DNA from: Parvularia atlantis
Lineage: Eukaryota
DNA length: 20,000 nt
Assembly: GCA_943704415.1 (NCBI GenBank)
Contig: CALSCO010001326.1
Location: forward strand, 49,546 to 69,545
Direction: 5' to 3'
Positions 10,230 to 20,000 of the stretch are shown piece by piece (the stretch's first letter is position 1; the number at the start of each line of letters is the position of its first letter). The position numbers were made by a program, and so were the translations under genes. The notes under the pieces are model-generated. The model was not told the DNA's origin. It ran no database searches and saw only the letters and a list, made by a program, of their open reading frames with translations.

Positions 10230-10341
10230 GATGGGTGGCGCTACCGTCTGCAAACTGGCTTGACGCGCCTGAGCTCGTGTTTTGGCTGCTGGTGAGGCCG
10301 CTGCAAACGGCAGCGCGTGAGCTCATGTTTTCGACGACGCC
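10230..10341. promoter_or_regulatory. Putative bidirectional promoter Ku70/Vps52
   Basis: 112 nt between divergent start codons; contains GAGCTCGTGTTTTG and GAGCTCATGTTTTC. Confidence 0.55.
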
Positions 10342-10541
10342 ATGGCCGGTGCGCGCTCAAAGAGCGACCTCTCGCTCTCGCGCTCTCTCGCGCGCTCTCG
10401 CGTCGCTCATCCCGTGCGCCGCGCAGCCGCCGCCGCCACGCCGTCCTCGTCCGACGACGCGCTGCGCGCCATGCTGCCCGGCCCGCTCGCGCGCCGCACG
10501 CCCACGCCGGCCGCCGCGTCGCCCGCCCTCGCCGACGACGC

Positions 10542-10573
<32 letters not shown>

Positions 10574-13500
10574 GCGCCACCAGCAGGCTGCTCGACCGCA
10601 ACATCCTCCGCAAGGGCGCCGACATGTTCCGTCGGGCGGGCGGCGCGGCGGGCGGCCAGAAGAAGGCCATCTCGGCCGCGTTCTCGTTCAGCACCGGCGG
10701 CGGCGAGGGCGACGCGGACGACGCCGGGAAGCTCTCGACCACGCCGTCCAGCGCCAGCGTCGCGGGCGGCGCGCGCGAGGGATCGGCCACGCCGGCCGCC
10801 GTCTCGATCGACGCGCTGCTCGGCGACGTCGACGCGATGCTCGACGACATGGGCGTCGGTGTGGTCGTGGACGACGCACTTGACGATGTCGACGGTGCGC
10901 CGCCGACGCAAGCGCATGATCGGCCGGCGAGGCTGAACACGCCGCCGCCGCCGCCGCCACAGACCGGCTCATGCAGTTCCAGGGCGACCCGCTCGTGAAG
11001 GAGGCGCTGGCCAAGGCACACGACGCCCGCACCGCGCACTGCCACTTGATCGGCTCACACGCGCCGCGCACAGGGCGTCGACCTGCGTGAGTACGGTCGC
11101 ACAATCGAAAAGGAGCTGACGCAGGTCGAGCGCGAGTCGGTCGACGCCTGTGCGCCGCGTGCCCGCTCCGGCTGGACGGCGGCCGACTCTGACGCCGCTC
11201 GCGCCGCACAGACATCAACCAGGGCCCGCAGATCGCCGACCTGCACCGGCAGATCCAGGTGCGCGGTGCTACCACTGCCGCGTGCTCCGTGCGCGTGCTC
11301 ACACGCGGCGTCAGGCGTGCGACCAGGTCCTCGAGACGATGGAGACGCTCCTCACGGGCTTCCAGGAGGACCTCGGGAGCATCTCGGCCGAGATCCAGAC
11401 CCTGCAGACGCAGTCGCTGTCGATGAACGTCAAGCTGCGCAATCGCAAGGTGCCGTCGCAACCGTGGCCGCCATGGCGCACCCGTGCTGCTCACGTCCTG
11501 CCCCGCAGACGCTGCAGGCGTTCCTGGGCAACTTCCTCGACGAGGTCACGATCCCGCCTGACCTCATCCGGTGCGCACGCTAGGCTCGCCGCCCTCGGCC
11601 GCTGACGCCGCCGCGCCGCAGGCACATTGTCGACGACGAGGTCAACGACACGTACCTGCAGCACCTGGGCAACCTCAGCCGCAAGATGGCGTTCGTGAAG
11701 GAGCGCGAGGGCCGCACCATCCCCGCCGTCGACACCATCCTGCCCGAGCTCGAACGCCTGCGCCTGAAGGCATGCGCATCGCTGGTCGCGCTGACCGCTG
11801 ACGCTGCGACTGGTGCGGCAGGCCACAGAGAAGGTGCGCGAGTACGTGCTCGAGAAGGTGCGCGGCCTCAAGAAGCCCAAGACGAACCCGTCGGTGCTGC
11901 AGAAGGTGTGCTCGTTTGCTCACGGGCGTCGCGGCTGAGCAGCGGCGGCCCGCAGCAACTGATCAACTACCGCCCGTACAACGCTTTCCTGCTCGAGCAC
12001 CACCCGGCGAGCGCGACCGAGATTCACGACAACTACGTGCAGATCATGAACAACTACTACCAGCGCAGCTTTGCGCGCTACACGAGCGTCATGGCCAAGC
12101 TGCAGGTGCGCCGCGAGGGCGCAGGCGCGGCGGGCCGCTCACGTGTTGCGGTGCAGATGGCCATGGCCGAGAAGATCGACGTGCTCGGGGCGGGCGAGAG
12201 CGTGAGCAAGGGCCTCTTTGGCGGGCGCGTGTCGATGAAGGAGCGCGCCAGCGTGTTCCGCCTGGGTGAGCGCCTGTCGACGCTGAGCAACATCAACGCC
12301 GAGATCATCGTGCCGCACGTTGCCGAGTCGGGCGGGCAGGTGCGCCGCGGGAGGCTCGCACGTGCTCGTGCGCGGGCCTCCCTGACGTGCGCGCGCCTGT
12401 GAAGCGCTTCCTGTTCGAGGTCATCTTCCGCTCGATCGAGCGCATGCTCATGGACAACGCGTCGACCGAGTACACCTTCATCATCGACTTCTTCTCCGTG
12501 CGCGGCGACAGCGCCAACGCGATCTTTCACTTGGTCTTTGAGCCGTCGCTGGCGTCGGCCGCGGTGCGTCGGCGCGGTGTCATGTGTGCGCGCGCGCGCT
12601 GCTCATGCGCGTCCGCGGCGCCACAGCAAACGACGCGCCAGTTCCTCGAGGAGTGCTTCGACGCCGTGGGCGTGCTGCTGTGCATCCGCATCAACAACGC
12701 GCACCAGCTGATCATGCAGCAGAGGCGCATCCCCTGCCTCGAGCCGCACATGAACCAGACCAACTTGATGCTGTGGCCGCGGTGCGTCACGCGGTGTGGC
12801 TGTGCGTGTGCGAGCTGACGAGCGCTGTGCATGGCACGCTCCAGCTTCCAGCAGATCATGGACGCGCACGTCAAGTCGCTGCGCGCCGCGACGATGCAGA
12901 CGATCGGCCCGCTCGACGTGCAGGGCCACTACGTGCGTTTGCGCGCACACCAGGCATGTGCGCATGCTGACGGCGCGCGTCGTGCAGATCACGCGCCGCT
13001 TCGCCGACCTGTTGACGTCGATTCTTGTGCTCGACGAGGGCCACAACGACCAGCCGGCGGCGATCAGGTGCCTGCGCACGCGCGTGCCGTGCCATGCTCA
13101 CGGCTGACCGCCGAGCACGTGCACGTGGCAGCATGTCGCGTCTGCGCAGCGAGATGGAGCAGCTGTTCCTCCGCTACGCGGCCGACTTCACCGACCGGCG
13201 CAACTTCCTGATCTACTTTGTGAACCAGTACGACCTCATCCTGAGCACGCTGCGGGTGCGCACGCGCGTCTGTATGCGCGCATTGCTCTTACGTCGCCGC
13301 CTGCAGGACGCGCCGTCGGCGGCCGCGGTCGAGAAGGAGGTTGAGCACTGGACGCAGCTGCTCAACAAGAGCATCAACGAGTGCGCGCGCGTGCGCGCAG
13401 GGGCGGTCAGCGGTGGCACTGACGCGCCTCGCGCAGATTCGCGGACGAGGAGCTGTCGCCCGCGTTCGGCGCGCTGATCCAGTTTGTCAAGCACAACGAG

Positions 13501-13915
13501 GGCCTGACGGACTTTTCCGACATCGAGATAGGCACACTCGAGAAGCTCGCTGTCAACTTCTCGCTGCACTGGAAGCAAGGTGCGCGGGCGCGCGGGCGCC
13601 GCTCGTGTGGCCGCGAGCTGAAGGGCGCCGCCGCAGCCATGTCCAACATCAACACGCGCGTGTCCAAGAGCTTTGCCAGCCAGAAGGTCGCGTCTGCGGT
13701 GATGCAGGTGCTGCTGCGGCAGCTGCTGTTCTTCTACTCCAAGTTCATCGACATCATCGAGAAGAGGTGCGGCGTCGTGTGCAGCGTAGTGCCGTGCAGC
13801 AGCGGCTGACCGTGCGCGCAGGTTCGGCCGGAGTACCCGCCTGCCGTTCCGTGAGGAGCTCGTGGGCCTCGAGAACGTCAAGTTTGAGATCAAGCGGTTC
13901 CTGCCCAACGCATGA
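10342..13915 (+). CDS. VPS52: Vacuolar protein sorting 52 (GARP/EARP tethering subunit), multi-exon, long disordered N-terminus
   Basis: GVDLREYGRTIEKELTQVERESVDAYINQGPQIADLHRQIQACDQVLETMETLLTGFQEDLGSISAEIQTLQTQSLSMNVKLRNRK; LMDNASTEYTFIIDFF; CFDAVGVLLCIRIN; LWPR; HY/ITRRFADL; FVNQYDLIL; ends ELVGLENVKFEIKRFLPNA-TGA. Start codon inferred. Confidence 0.93.
10543..10572 (+). repeat. (CAG)10 encoding polyglutamine in the Vps52 N-terminal extension
   Basis: Ten consecutive CAG codons read directly. Confidence 0.95.
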
Positions 13916-13968
13916 TGATGATGCATGATCGTCATGTACAGTATATCGGAGTGCGTCCAGGCGTGTTT

Positions 13969-16064
13969 TCACAGTTTGGCCGTGCCCGACGTGAGCTGCC
14001 GGTACAGCGCCTCGTCCAAGCGCACGTAGGTCTGGTCCTGCCGGCTGAACCAGTAGATGGGGTCGCGGATGCGCGTGATGTCAAAGCCGTTGGCCTTGAG
14101 CGCGATCTTGCTATGCTGGAACGTGCCGGTGACCTGCGGCCGCGGCAGCACGCGCACAAACAGCGGCACGGCGTGCGGCAGGAGGCGGCTGGTGAGGTAC
14201 TCGGCGAGCGCCTGCGCCGTGAGTGTGCGTCAGTGGCCGGCCGTGTCGTGAGAGCGCGCCGTGCGCACCCGCGGGTGCAGTGACGCGCCGTCGGGCAGCA
14301 CGATCGACGACATGCACGCGAGGCCCTGGTGGCCCGGCATGGGCACGCCGTACACGATGGCCTGCGCACGCGGCCGTGTTAGCGTAGCACAAGCACTGCG
14401 CACGCACGCACGGACCTCGAGCACGCCCGGAAAGCGCACAAGTACGTCGGCAACCTCGGCCGTCGACACGTTTTCGCCCTTCCAGCCTGCATGGCGGCGG
14501 CGTGAGCGGCTCGGTTGCGCAGCGCGTCGGTGCACGATACTCACGGAAATTGTCGCTCATGCGGTCGACAAAGTAGTAGAAGCCGTCGCTGTTGCAGCGC
14601 AGCAGGTCGCGCGTGCGCAGGTACGCGTCGCCCTTGTGCAGCACGTCGCGCACGACCCTGGCGAGCCGGCGTGTCAGCATCAGCGAGCACGCCGGCGACG
14701 GTAGCGGGCACGCACAGCCCGCCCTGCTCGAGCGTTGTCACGTCGCCGTGCACCGTCGCGTCGAGGCGGTTGAGCAGCTCGCCCGTCTGCCCGGCCTTGC
14801 ACACAACGCACAAACCCTTGGCGTCGCGCACGGGGGCGCGCGTGGCCGGGTCGAAGCGCACGAGCACGATCGGCTGGACGAAGCTGTGCGCCCGCAGAAC
14901 ACTGCATCAGCGACCGTGGCGCGTCGGCCGCAAGCGCGCACCGCGTGAACGGCCCGATGTGCCCCACGGCGCCGCTGCCCTTGCCGCTCGTCTTGCCATG
15001 CAGGTCCACGCGCACGACCATGACCGAGCCGCTCTCGTGGTGCGTGTAGAATTCGGCTGCGCGGGCAACAGCGTGGGAGCGTGTGCAGCACTCAGCACGA
15101 TGGTGCGCACCGATCTCGGAGATCTGGAAGCGCTCCTGGAACTCCTTGAAGACGTCGGGTCTGTGCGCACTTCAGCGCACGGCACGGCACAGCACTGGCT
15201 CGCGCGCGCAACACCGCACCGCAACCCGTTACCAATCGCCAGCCGCACCGTGTGCTGCACGTCAAAGGGCGAGGGCGGGGCGCGCAGCAGGTACCTGCAC
15301 TGCTCGCCGATGTACTGGCGCAACGATCGCGCGCGGTCAGCAATTGGTGCGGCAGGAGGCGCTGCCGTGCGCACACCTGGATGACCGTGCACTCGTTGCT
15401 GCGCACGTCCTCCCAGAAGCGCTTGACAGAGAAGCGCGGCGTGAGGACGATGCAGGCGCCCGCGCTGATCGCCGCGCTGACGCTCGTAAGCCCTGCGCGC
15501 TCCGTAAGCACCGCGCTGGTCGCGAGCCGCTCGGCGCACCGGCAAAGTGGTACAGCGGCAGCGGCGCGTAGACGATGTCCGAGTGCTCGACCCCAAAGAC
15601 GTGGTGGTAGTAGAGCGACATGTCTGCGCGCGCGCGTGCGTTGGCCGCGTCGATAAGAGCGAGCGGGTGTGCGCGCACTGAACATGCGCAGGTGCGTGAG
15701 CTTGGACATCTGCCGCGGCGCACCGAGTGCGTCAGCACAGGCGACGGCACATTGCGGCGCAGGGGCGCGCACCGTCGGCAGGCCTGTGGTGCCGCTCGTG
15801 TAGACGTAGCAGAAGTTGTCGTGCGTGGTTATGCCGAGGCGCAGCTCGGGCGCGACAGCGTCGGGCGAGGCGCGCCCGAGCGTATCGTCGATCAGCACGG
15901 CGCTGTCGCACTCTTGCCGCGGCTGCGCGGCCGCCGGGAAGACGTCGCCCGTGCCGGTGAACGTGAACTGCGCGTCTTCAAACAAGCGACGCGGCTGCAG
16001 CGTCTGCAGGGTGGCGATCGGGCTGACGACGTTGCTGATCGACTGCTCGTCCGGCTCGGATCGC

Positions 16065-16114
<50 letters not shown>

Positions 16115-16929
16115 GGGAGGCATCGAAGCTGTTGCGGCAGCTGCGGGCGGCGTCGCGGTGCGTGGGAAGGCGGCCGGGCTGCGCGCGGCGGTGCCCGCCG
16201 AGACGAAGGGTGGCAGGGGCAGGGTCGCGTCGCACAGGAACAGCCGCACGCCCTGGGCCAGCAGGACGTGCTCGACGGCGGCCACGGCCGCGTTCTTCTC
16301 CGTGCCGATGACGACGGCCGTGGCCTGCGCGGCGCTGATGCAGTGCAGCAGCACGCGCTCTGCCGCGCCAGCCCGCGATCAGCACCGCAGCAGGCGGCCT
16401 CAGCGGCGCGGCCGCACGCACCCTTGAGGCTGCTGTTGATCAGCGCCGCGCGCGCACCGATCTTGGCCAGGGCGAGCAGCACGGCAACAAAGTGCGGGCA
16501 GTTGTCCATGAAGATGGCGACGACGTCTGCGTTGAGCGGGCGTGAGCGCGTGTCGTCGACGTCGCGCGATCGCGATGCCGCGCCTTGGCGGCCGATGCCG
16601 TTGAGCAGCAGCCAGTTGGCGTAGCGGTTGGACACTGCGTGCGGCGTCAGCGCCCTATCGCGCAGACGGCCGGGCGGGCGCGTACTCTGGTCGACGTCGT
16701 GGTACGTCAGCGACAGGCCCTGGTAGCCGAAGAGCACGCGGTGCTTGTGCTGCGCCAGCGCGTCGGCCCACAGGTCGGCGTAGGTCAGGCCGCGGCGCAG
16801 GGCCTGGCGCGCGCGCTGCTGGAAGCGCCAGAGGCGGAGCAGGTTGGCCGCGTCCTTGCTCAGCAGGAAGTGCTGGTCGAGCACGTCGCTCAGCAGCACG
16901 ACGGCGCCGACGCTGATGAGGGCGGCCAT
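13969..16929 (-). CDS. FATP/SLC27-family very-long-chain acyl-CoA synthetase homologue with degenerate catalytic motifs and C-terminal PTS1 (AKL); multi-exon
   Basis: N-terminal hydrophobic anchor; [116 protein letters not shown]; ends TAKL-TGA. Confidence 0.9.
16067..16111 (-). repeat. (CAG)15 polyglutamine tract inside the FATP homologue
   Basis: 15 perfect CTG units on the + strand, in frame as Gln on the - strand. Confidence 0.95.
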
Positions 16930-17118
16930 GCTCCCTCCCAATGCTGCTGCGTGCGCGCGTCACGTGTGAGCACGGCGGCGACGCGGACAAGGCCAGTCGA
17001 ATGAGAGACAGCTGCTGCTGTCACGGAGGCCATGCCGGGTGATCACGGGTAGCACCCAGGCGGATAGCTCGCAAAACACGAGCTACGGGTGAAGTCGGGC
17101 GTCTGCACGCCTCTCTGA
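16930..17118. promoter_or_regulatory. Putative bidirectional promoter FATP-like/LRMDA
   Basis: 189 nt between divergent start codons; contains CAAAACACGAGCT, the reverse complement of the Ku70/Vps52 motif. Confidence 0.5.
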
Positions 17119-18209
17119 ATGGACGACCTGACCGGTGCGCGCCTCCCCTCCCTCCCGGCGCCCGCGCGCACCGACGCTCCGCAGCTGACACCGCGCGCAC
17201 GGCGCAGACGCGGCGGCGGCAACGGTGGCGGCGGCGGCCGACGCCGCGGCGGCGACGGGCGCAAAGGTCGAGGCCGCGGCGGCTGATGACGACCTTGAGG
17301 TGCGGGGCGGCGTGCTCTCACTGGCCGGGCGCGACCTGGCCGAGGTGCCGGCGACGCTGGGCGAGCGCTTTGGAGCGCACGTGACAACGCTCTCGCTCAG
17401 CTTCAACCAGCTGCGGTGCGCCGCCGTCCCCGTATCCGAGAGAGAGTGCCCGCTCATGTCGACGCCACCGCAGCGCGCTCGACCACCTCCAGGCCTTCGT
17501 CAACCTGACGACGCTCGAGGTCGACAACAACGACCTGGTCGACGTCAGCGCCCTGCCCAAGATGCCCGCGCTGCACACGTTCTCGGCCAACAACAACAGC
17601 CTCGACGACATCGACCAGCTGCTCGAGCTGTTCAAGCTCAAGTTCCCCGGGCTGCACTACCTCAGCCTGCTCAAGAACCCAGCCTGCCCGCACGCGATCG
17701 CGGGCGGCGGCGACGATGAGTACCGGCGCTACCGGTGCGCGCGCGCCGCTGGGGAAGGGGCGGCTCAACCGCGTCGCGCCGGCGCGCAGGCACCGCGTCA
17801 TCTACAACCTGCCCACGCTCAAGTTCCTCGACTCGCAGCCCGTCACCGCCGCCGAGCGCAAGGAGGCGATGCGCGTTGGGCCGTTCCTGAGGGTAGCGCG
17901 GCCGACGAGCGAAACTATCAAGGTTCGACCCGAAGCGCTCGCTGTGAGGCACCACTGAGCGTGACTCGCCTGCGCGCGCACAGACCCCGCCGGTCGCAAA
18001 GACCGCCGAGGAGCCGCAGCCCGAGTACCGGCCGCTGCCGGCCGGCCTGACGCCGACGGGCGAGCACACGAGCTCGTTCGGGCAGTGCAAGTATGTATAC
18101 TACGGGCGGCACTCGGAGGGGTGCGTTGCTTCGCGAGCTCGCGTGCGCGTGTGCGGCCCGTGCTGACGCGGCCCGCAGGAACCGCTTCATCCGCAACGAC
18201 GCGCTCTGA
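17119..18209 (+). CDS. LRMDA: Leucine-rich melanocyte differentiation-associated protein (C10orf11) homologue, multi-exon
   Basis: LRRs LSLSFNQL, LEVDNNDL, FSANNNSL; LRR cap LHYLSLLKNPACP...EYRRYR|HRVIYNLPTLKFLDSQPVT; family C-terminus GQCKYVYYGRHSEG|NRFIRNDAL. Confidence 0.88.
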
Positions 18210-18311
18210 CCGCGGCCACAGACCCACAAAACCCCACCCACCATCATGGTCTGTGTGCATACCCCACCCACCATCTTTGCCATTCAAAGCACGGCGTGAC
18301 CGTAGTCAGCC

Positions 18312-20000
18312 ATGCCGTCGATACTGAAGTGCGTCTTGCGCGCGCCGACGCGCCCCGCCACTGACCGCCGCGCCGCCCGCGCGCCGCCCGCGCGCCGCCC
18401 GCGCGCCGCCCGCGCGCCGCCCCAGCGAGGAGCAGAAGCAGAATGTGCGCGCCGCCATCGGTGCGTGCCGCGTCACGTGCGCGCGTCGGCCGGCCTCACG
18501 GTCGCGCGCACAGGCTCCAACACGCAGATCGGGATGGCCACGGTCGCGCGTGTATACGAGGCGACGCCCAACCCGGGCGCGTGGACGCACAAGACGACGG
18601 GCGTGGTCGCGTTCGTGTACGACCGGACCAAGCAGTCGTACTACTTCCGCCTCATCGACATGCAGGCGCGACGCCGCTACTGCTGTTTTTTTTCTCGTCG
18701 ACGTCAGCGGCCCGCTTAACCGCCACCGTCACGCCCGCCCGCAGGCCTGGTCGATCACGTGGGAGCACGAGCTGTACAACGACCTGTCGTACAAGCTGCT
18801 CGAGGGCAAGCAGTTCTTCCACACCTTCCCCGGCGACTCGTACATGATCGGCTTCTCGTTCGCGGACGAGGGCGAGGCCAACGTCTTCTTCAACAAGGTC
18901 CTCAGCCGCTGTGCGTCACGCGCGGTCGCGGCCCCGTCATGCGCACGCGCGCGCTCACGGGGCACCGACGCGAACGCAGCGCCCGTCAGCGGCGGCGCAC
19001 GCCCACCGCCCCCGGCCACGCGCGCACCGCCGCCCGGCGTCCCCTCCGGCGCGCCGACCCGCGGCGCCGCGCCCGCCGCCTCGGCGCCCGTCAGCACATC
19101 GATCGGGCCCGGCACGTACAACAACCTCTCGGGCGGCACGGTCAAGAAGAAGAAGATCAACAAGGCCGACATCGGCACGCCGACCAACTTCCAGTGCGCC
19201 CACTGCTCCTCTCGGCCCCGACCTCGCGCTCACGCTACGCGCGCCGCGGCCCGCAGACACATCGGGCACATCGGCTGGGACCCGGACCGCGGCTTTGACG
19301 TGCGCCTGCCCGTGCCGCTCGCGCGCGCAATTGTTGCTAACATCGTTCTTGCGGTCTTGCGGTCGCGCAGGTGCAGAACATCCCGCCGCAGTGGAAGCAG
19401 CTCTTCGACAAGGCCGGCGTTACCAAGGTGCGTGCGTGAGCGTGACGCAGCGTACGCGCGCACGTGTTTCACACGGCGTCGACGCGCAGGAGCAACTCCA
19501 GGACAAGAAAACGGCGCAGGTCATCTACAAGTTTGTGCAGCAGCACGGCGGCCTCGACGCCCAGCCGCCCGCCAACGGCTTCGGCGCCGCACCGCCGCCT
19601 GCCCCCGCCGCCGCAGGCGGCCCGCCGCGCGGCACTGCGCCGCCGCCCCCTCCGCCGACGCGCCGCGGGCCCCCGCCGCCCCCGGAAGCGGCGCGCGGCC
19701 CTCCGCCGCCTCCCGAGGTGGCGCGTGGGCCGGCCCCGCCCCCACCGCCGAGCCGTGGCGGCCCGCCGCCGCCACCCACGCGCGCGGAGGCCCCGCCCCC
19801 GCCGCCGATGATGAGCATGGCAAGCAGCGCACCGAGCGGGCCGCCGCCGCCGCCGCCGCCGCCAACGCGGGGTGGCCCGCCGCCGCCGCCGCAACCGCAG
19901 CAGCCCGCATACGACGCGTACGAGCAGCCGGCCATGCCCGCGTACGCCCCGCCCTCGGTCCCGTCCTACGCGCCCCCGCCTCCTCCGCCCGGCGGCGGTG
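18312..20000 (+). CDS. WAS: WASP-family actin nucleation-promoting factor (WH1, basic, CRIB/GBD, polyproline); 3'-truncated by the window
   Basis: WH1: MPSILN...ATVARVYEA...SYYFRLIDMQ|AWSITWEHELY...FFHTFPGDSYMIGFSFADEGEANVF. Basic region plus CRIB: KKKKINKADIGTPTNFQ|HIGHIGWDPDRGFD|VQNIPPQWKQLFDKAGVT. Followed by polyproline repeats; VCA not reached. Confidence 0.93.
18369..18422 (+). repeat. 11-nt minisatellite (CGCGCCGCCCG) x ~5 in WASP intron 1
   Basis: Four complete units from 18369 plus a nearly complete fifth. Confidence 0.85.

Noticed and set aside
10370..10402. CTCTCG-type microsatellite
   Set aside because: Degenerate simple repeat within the first Vps52 intron; no evidence of function.
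13969..16929. Calling the FATP-like gene a pseudogene
   Set aside because: I saw no frameshift or premature stop in the exons I spliced, and splice signals and PTS1 are intact, so a pseudoenzyme fits better.
16959..16966. GTCACGTG E-box/CLEAR-like site (also CACGTG at 2408-2413)
   Set aside because: CACGTG also occurs in introns and coding regions of this GC-rich window; no enrichment is supportable.
17065..17085. Hairpin TAGCTCG-N7-CGAGCTA as a terminator or ncRNA
   Set aside because: Only a 7-bp stem in a eukaryotic divergent promoter; kept only as part of the shared promoter motif.
19580..20000. CCG-rich quasi-repeats
   Set aside because: Explained by the WASP polyproline region.
1..20000. 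Prokaryotic operon, CRISPR array, transposon, tRNA or rRNA
   Set aside because: Genes are spliceosomal-intron-containing eukaryotic genes; I saw no repeat-spacer array, transposase or RT motif, terminal repeats or structured RNA gene.

Overview
This is a very gene-dense, GC-rich eukaryotic (protist-like) segment. Its short spliceosomal introns (mostly ~50-80 nt; GTGCG-type donors, CTGAC/CTCAC branch points, YAG acceptors) make most of the six-frame ORF track unreliable. Manual splicing gives ten genes: an intronless RING/B-box/coiled-coil/NHL-like (TRIM-like) gene cut by the window start, RNASEK (V-ATPase subunit f), a two-RRM hnRNP A/D/Musashi-type protein, an RNase H2C-H2B locus, Rheb, Ku70, Vps52, a FATP/SLC27-family protein, LRMDA, and a WASP cut by the window end. 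Two observations stand out. (1) RNase H2 subunits C and B appear to be one spliced in-frame fusion ORF. (2) The FATP homologue has an intact reading frame and a PTS1 but substitutions in several adenylation motifs, suggesting a pseudoenzyme. Secondary points are a likely poison exon in the hnRNP gene, two GC-AG introns, a 13-nt motif shared by two divergent promoters, and a 22-nt spacer between tandem genes. All gene calls come from motif recognition by eye; no database search was run.
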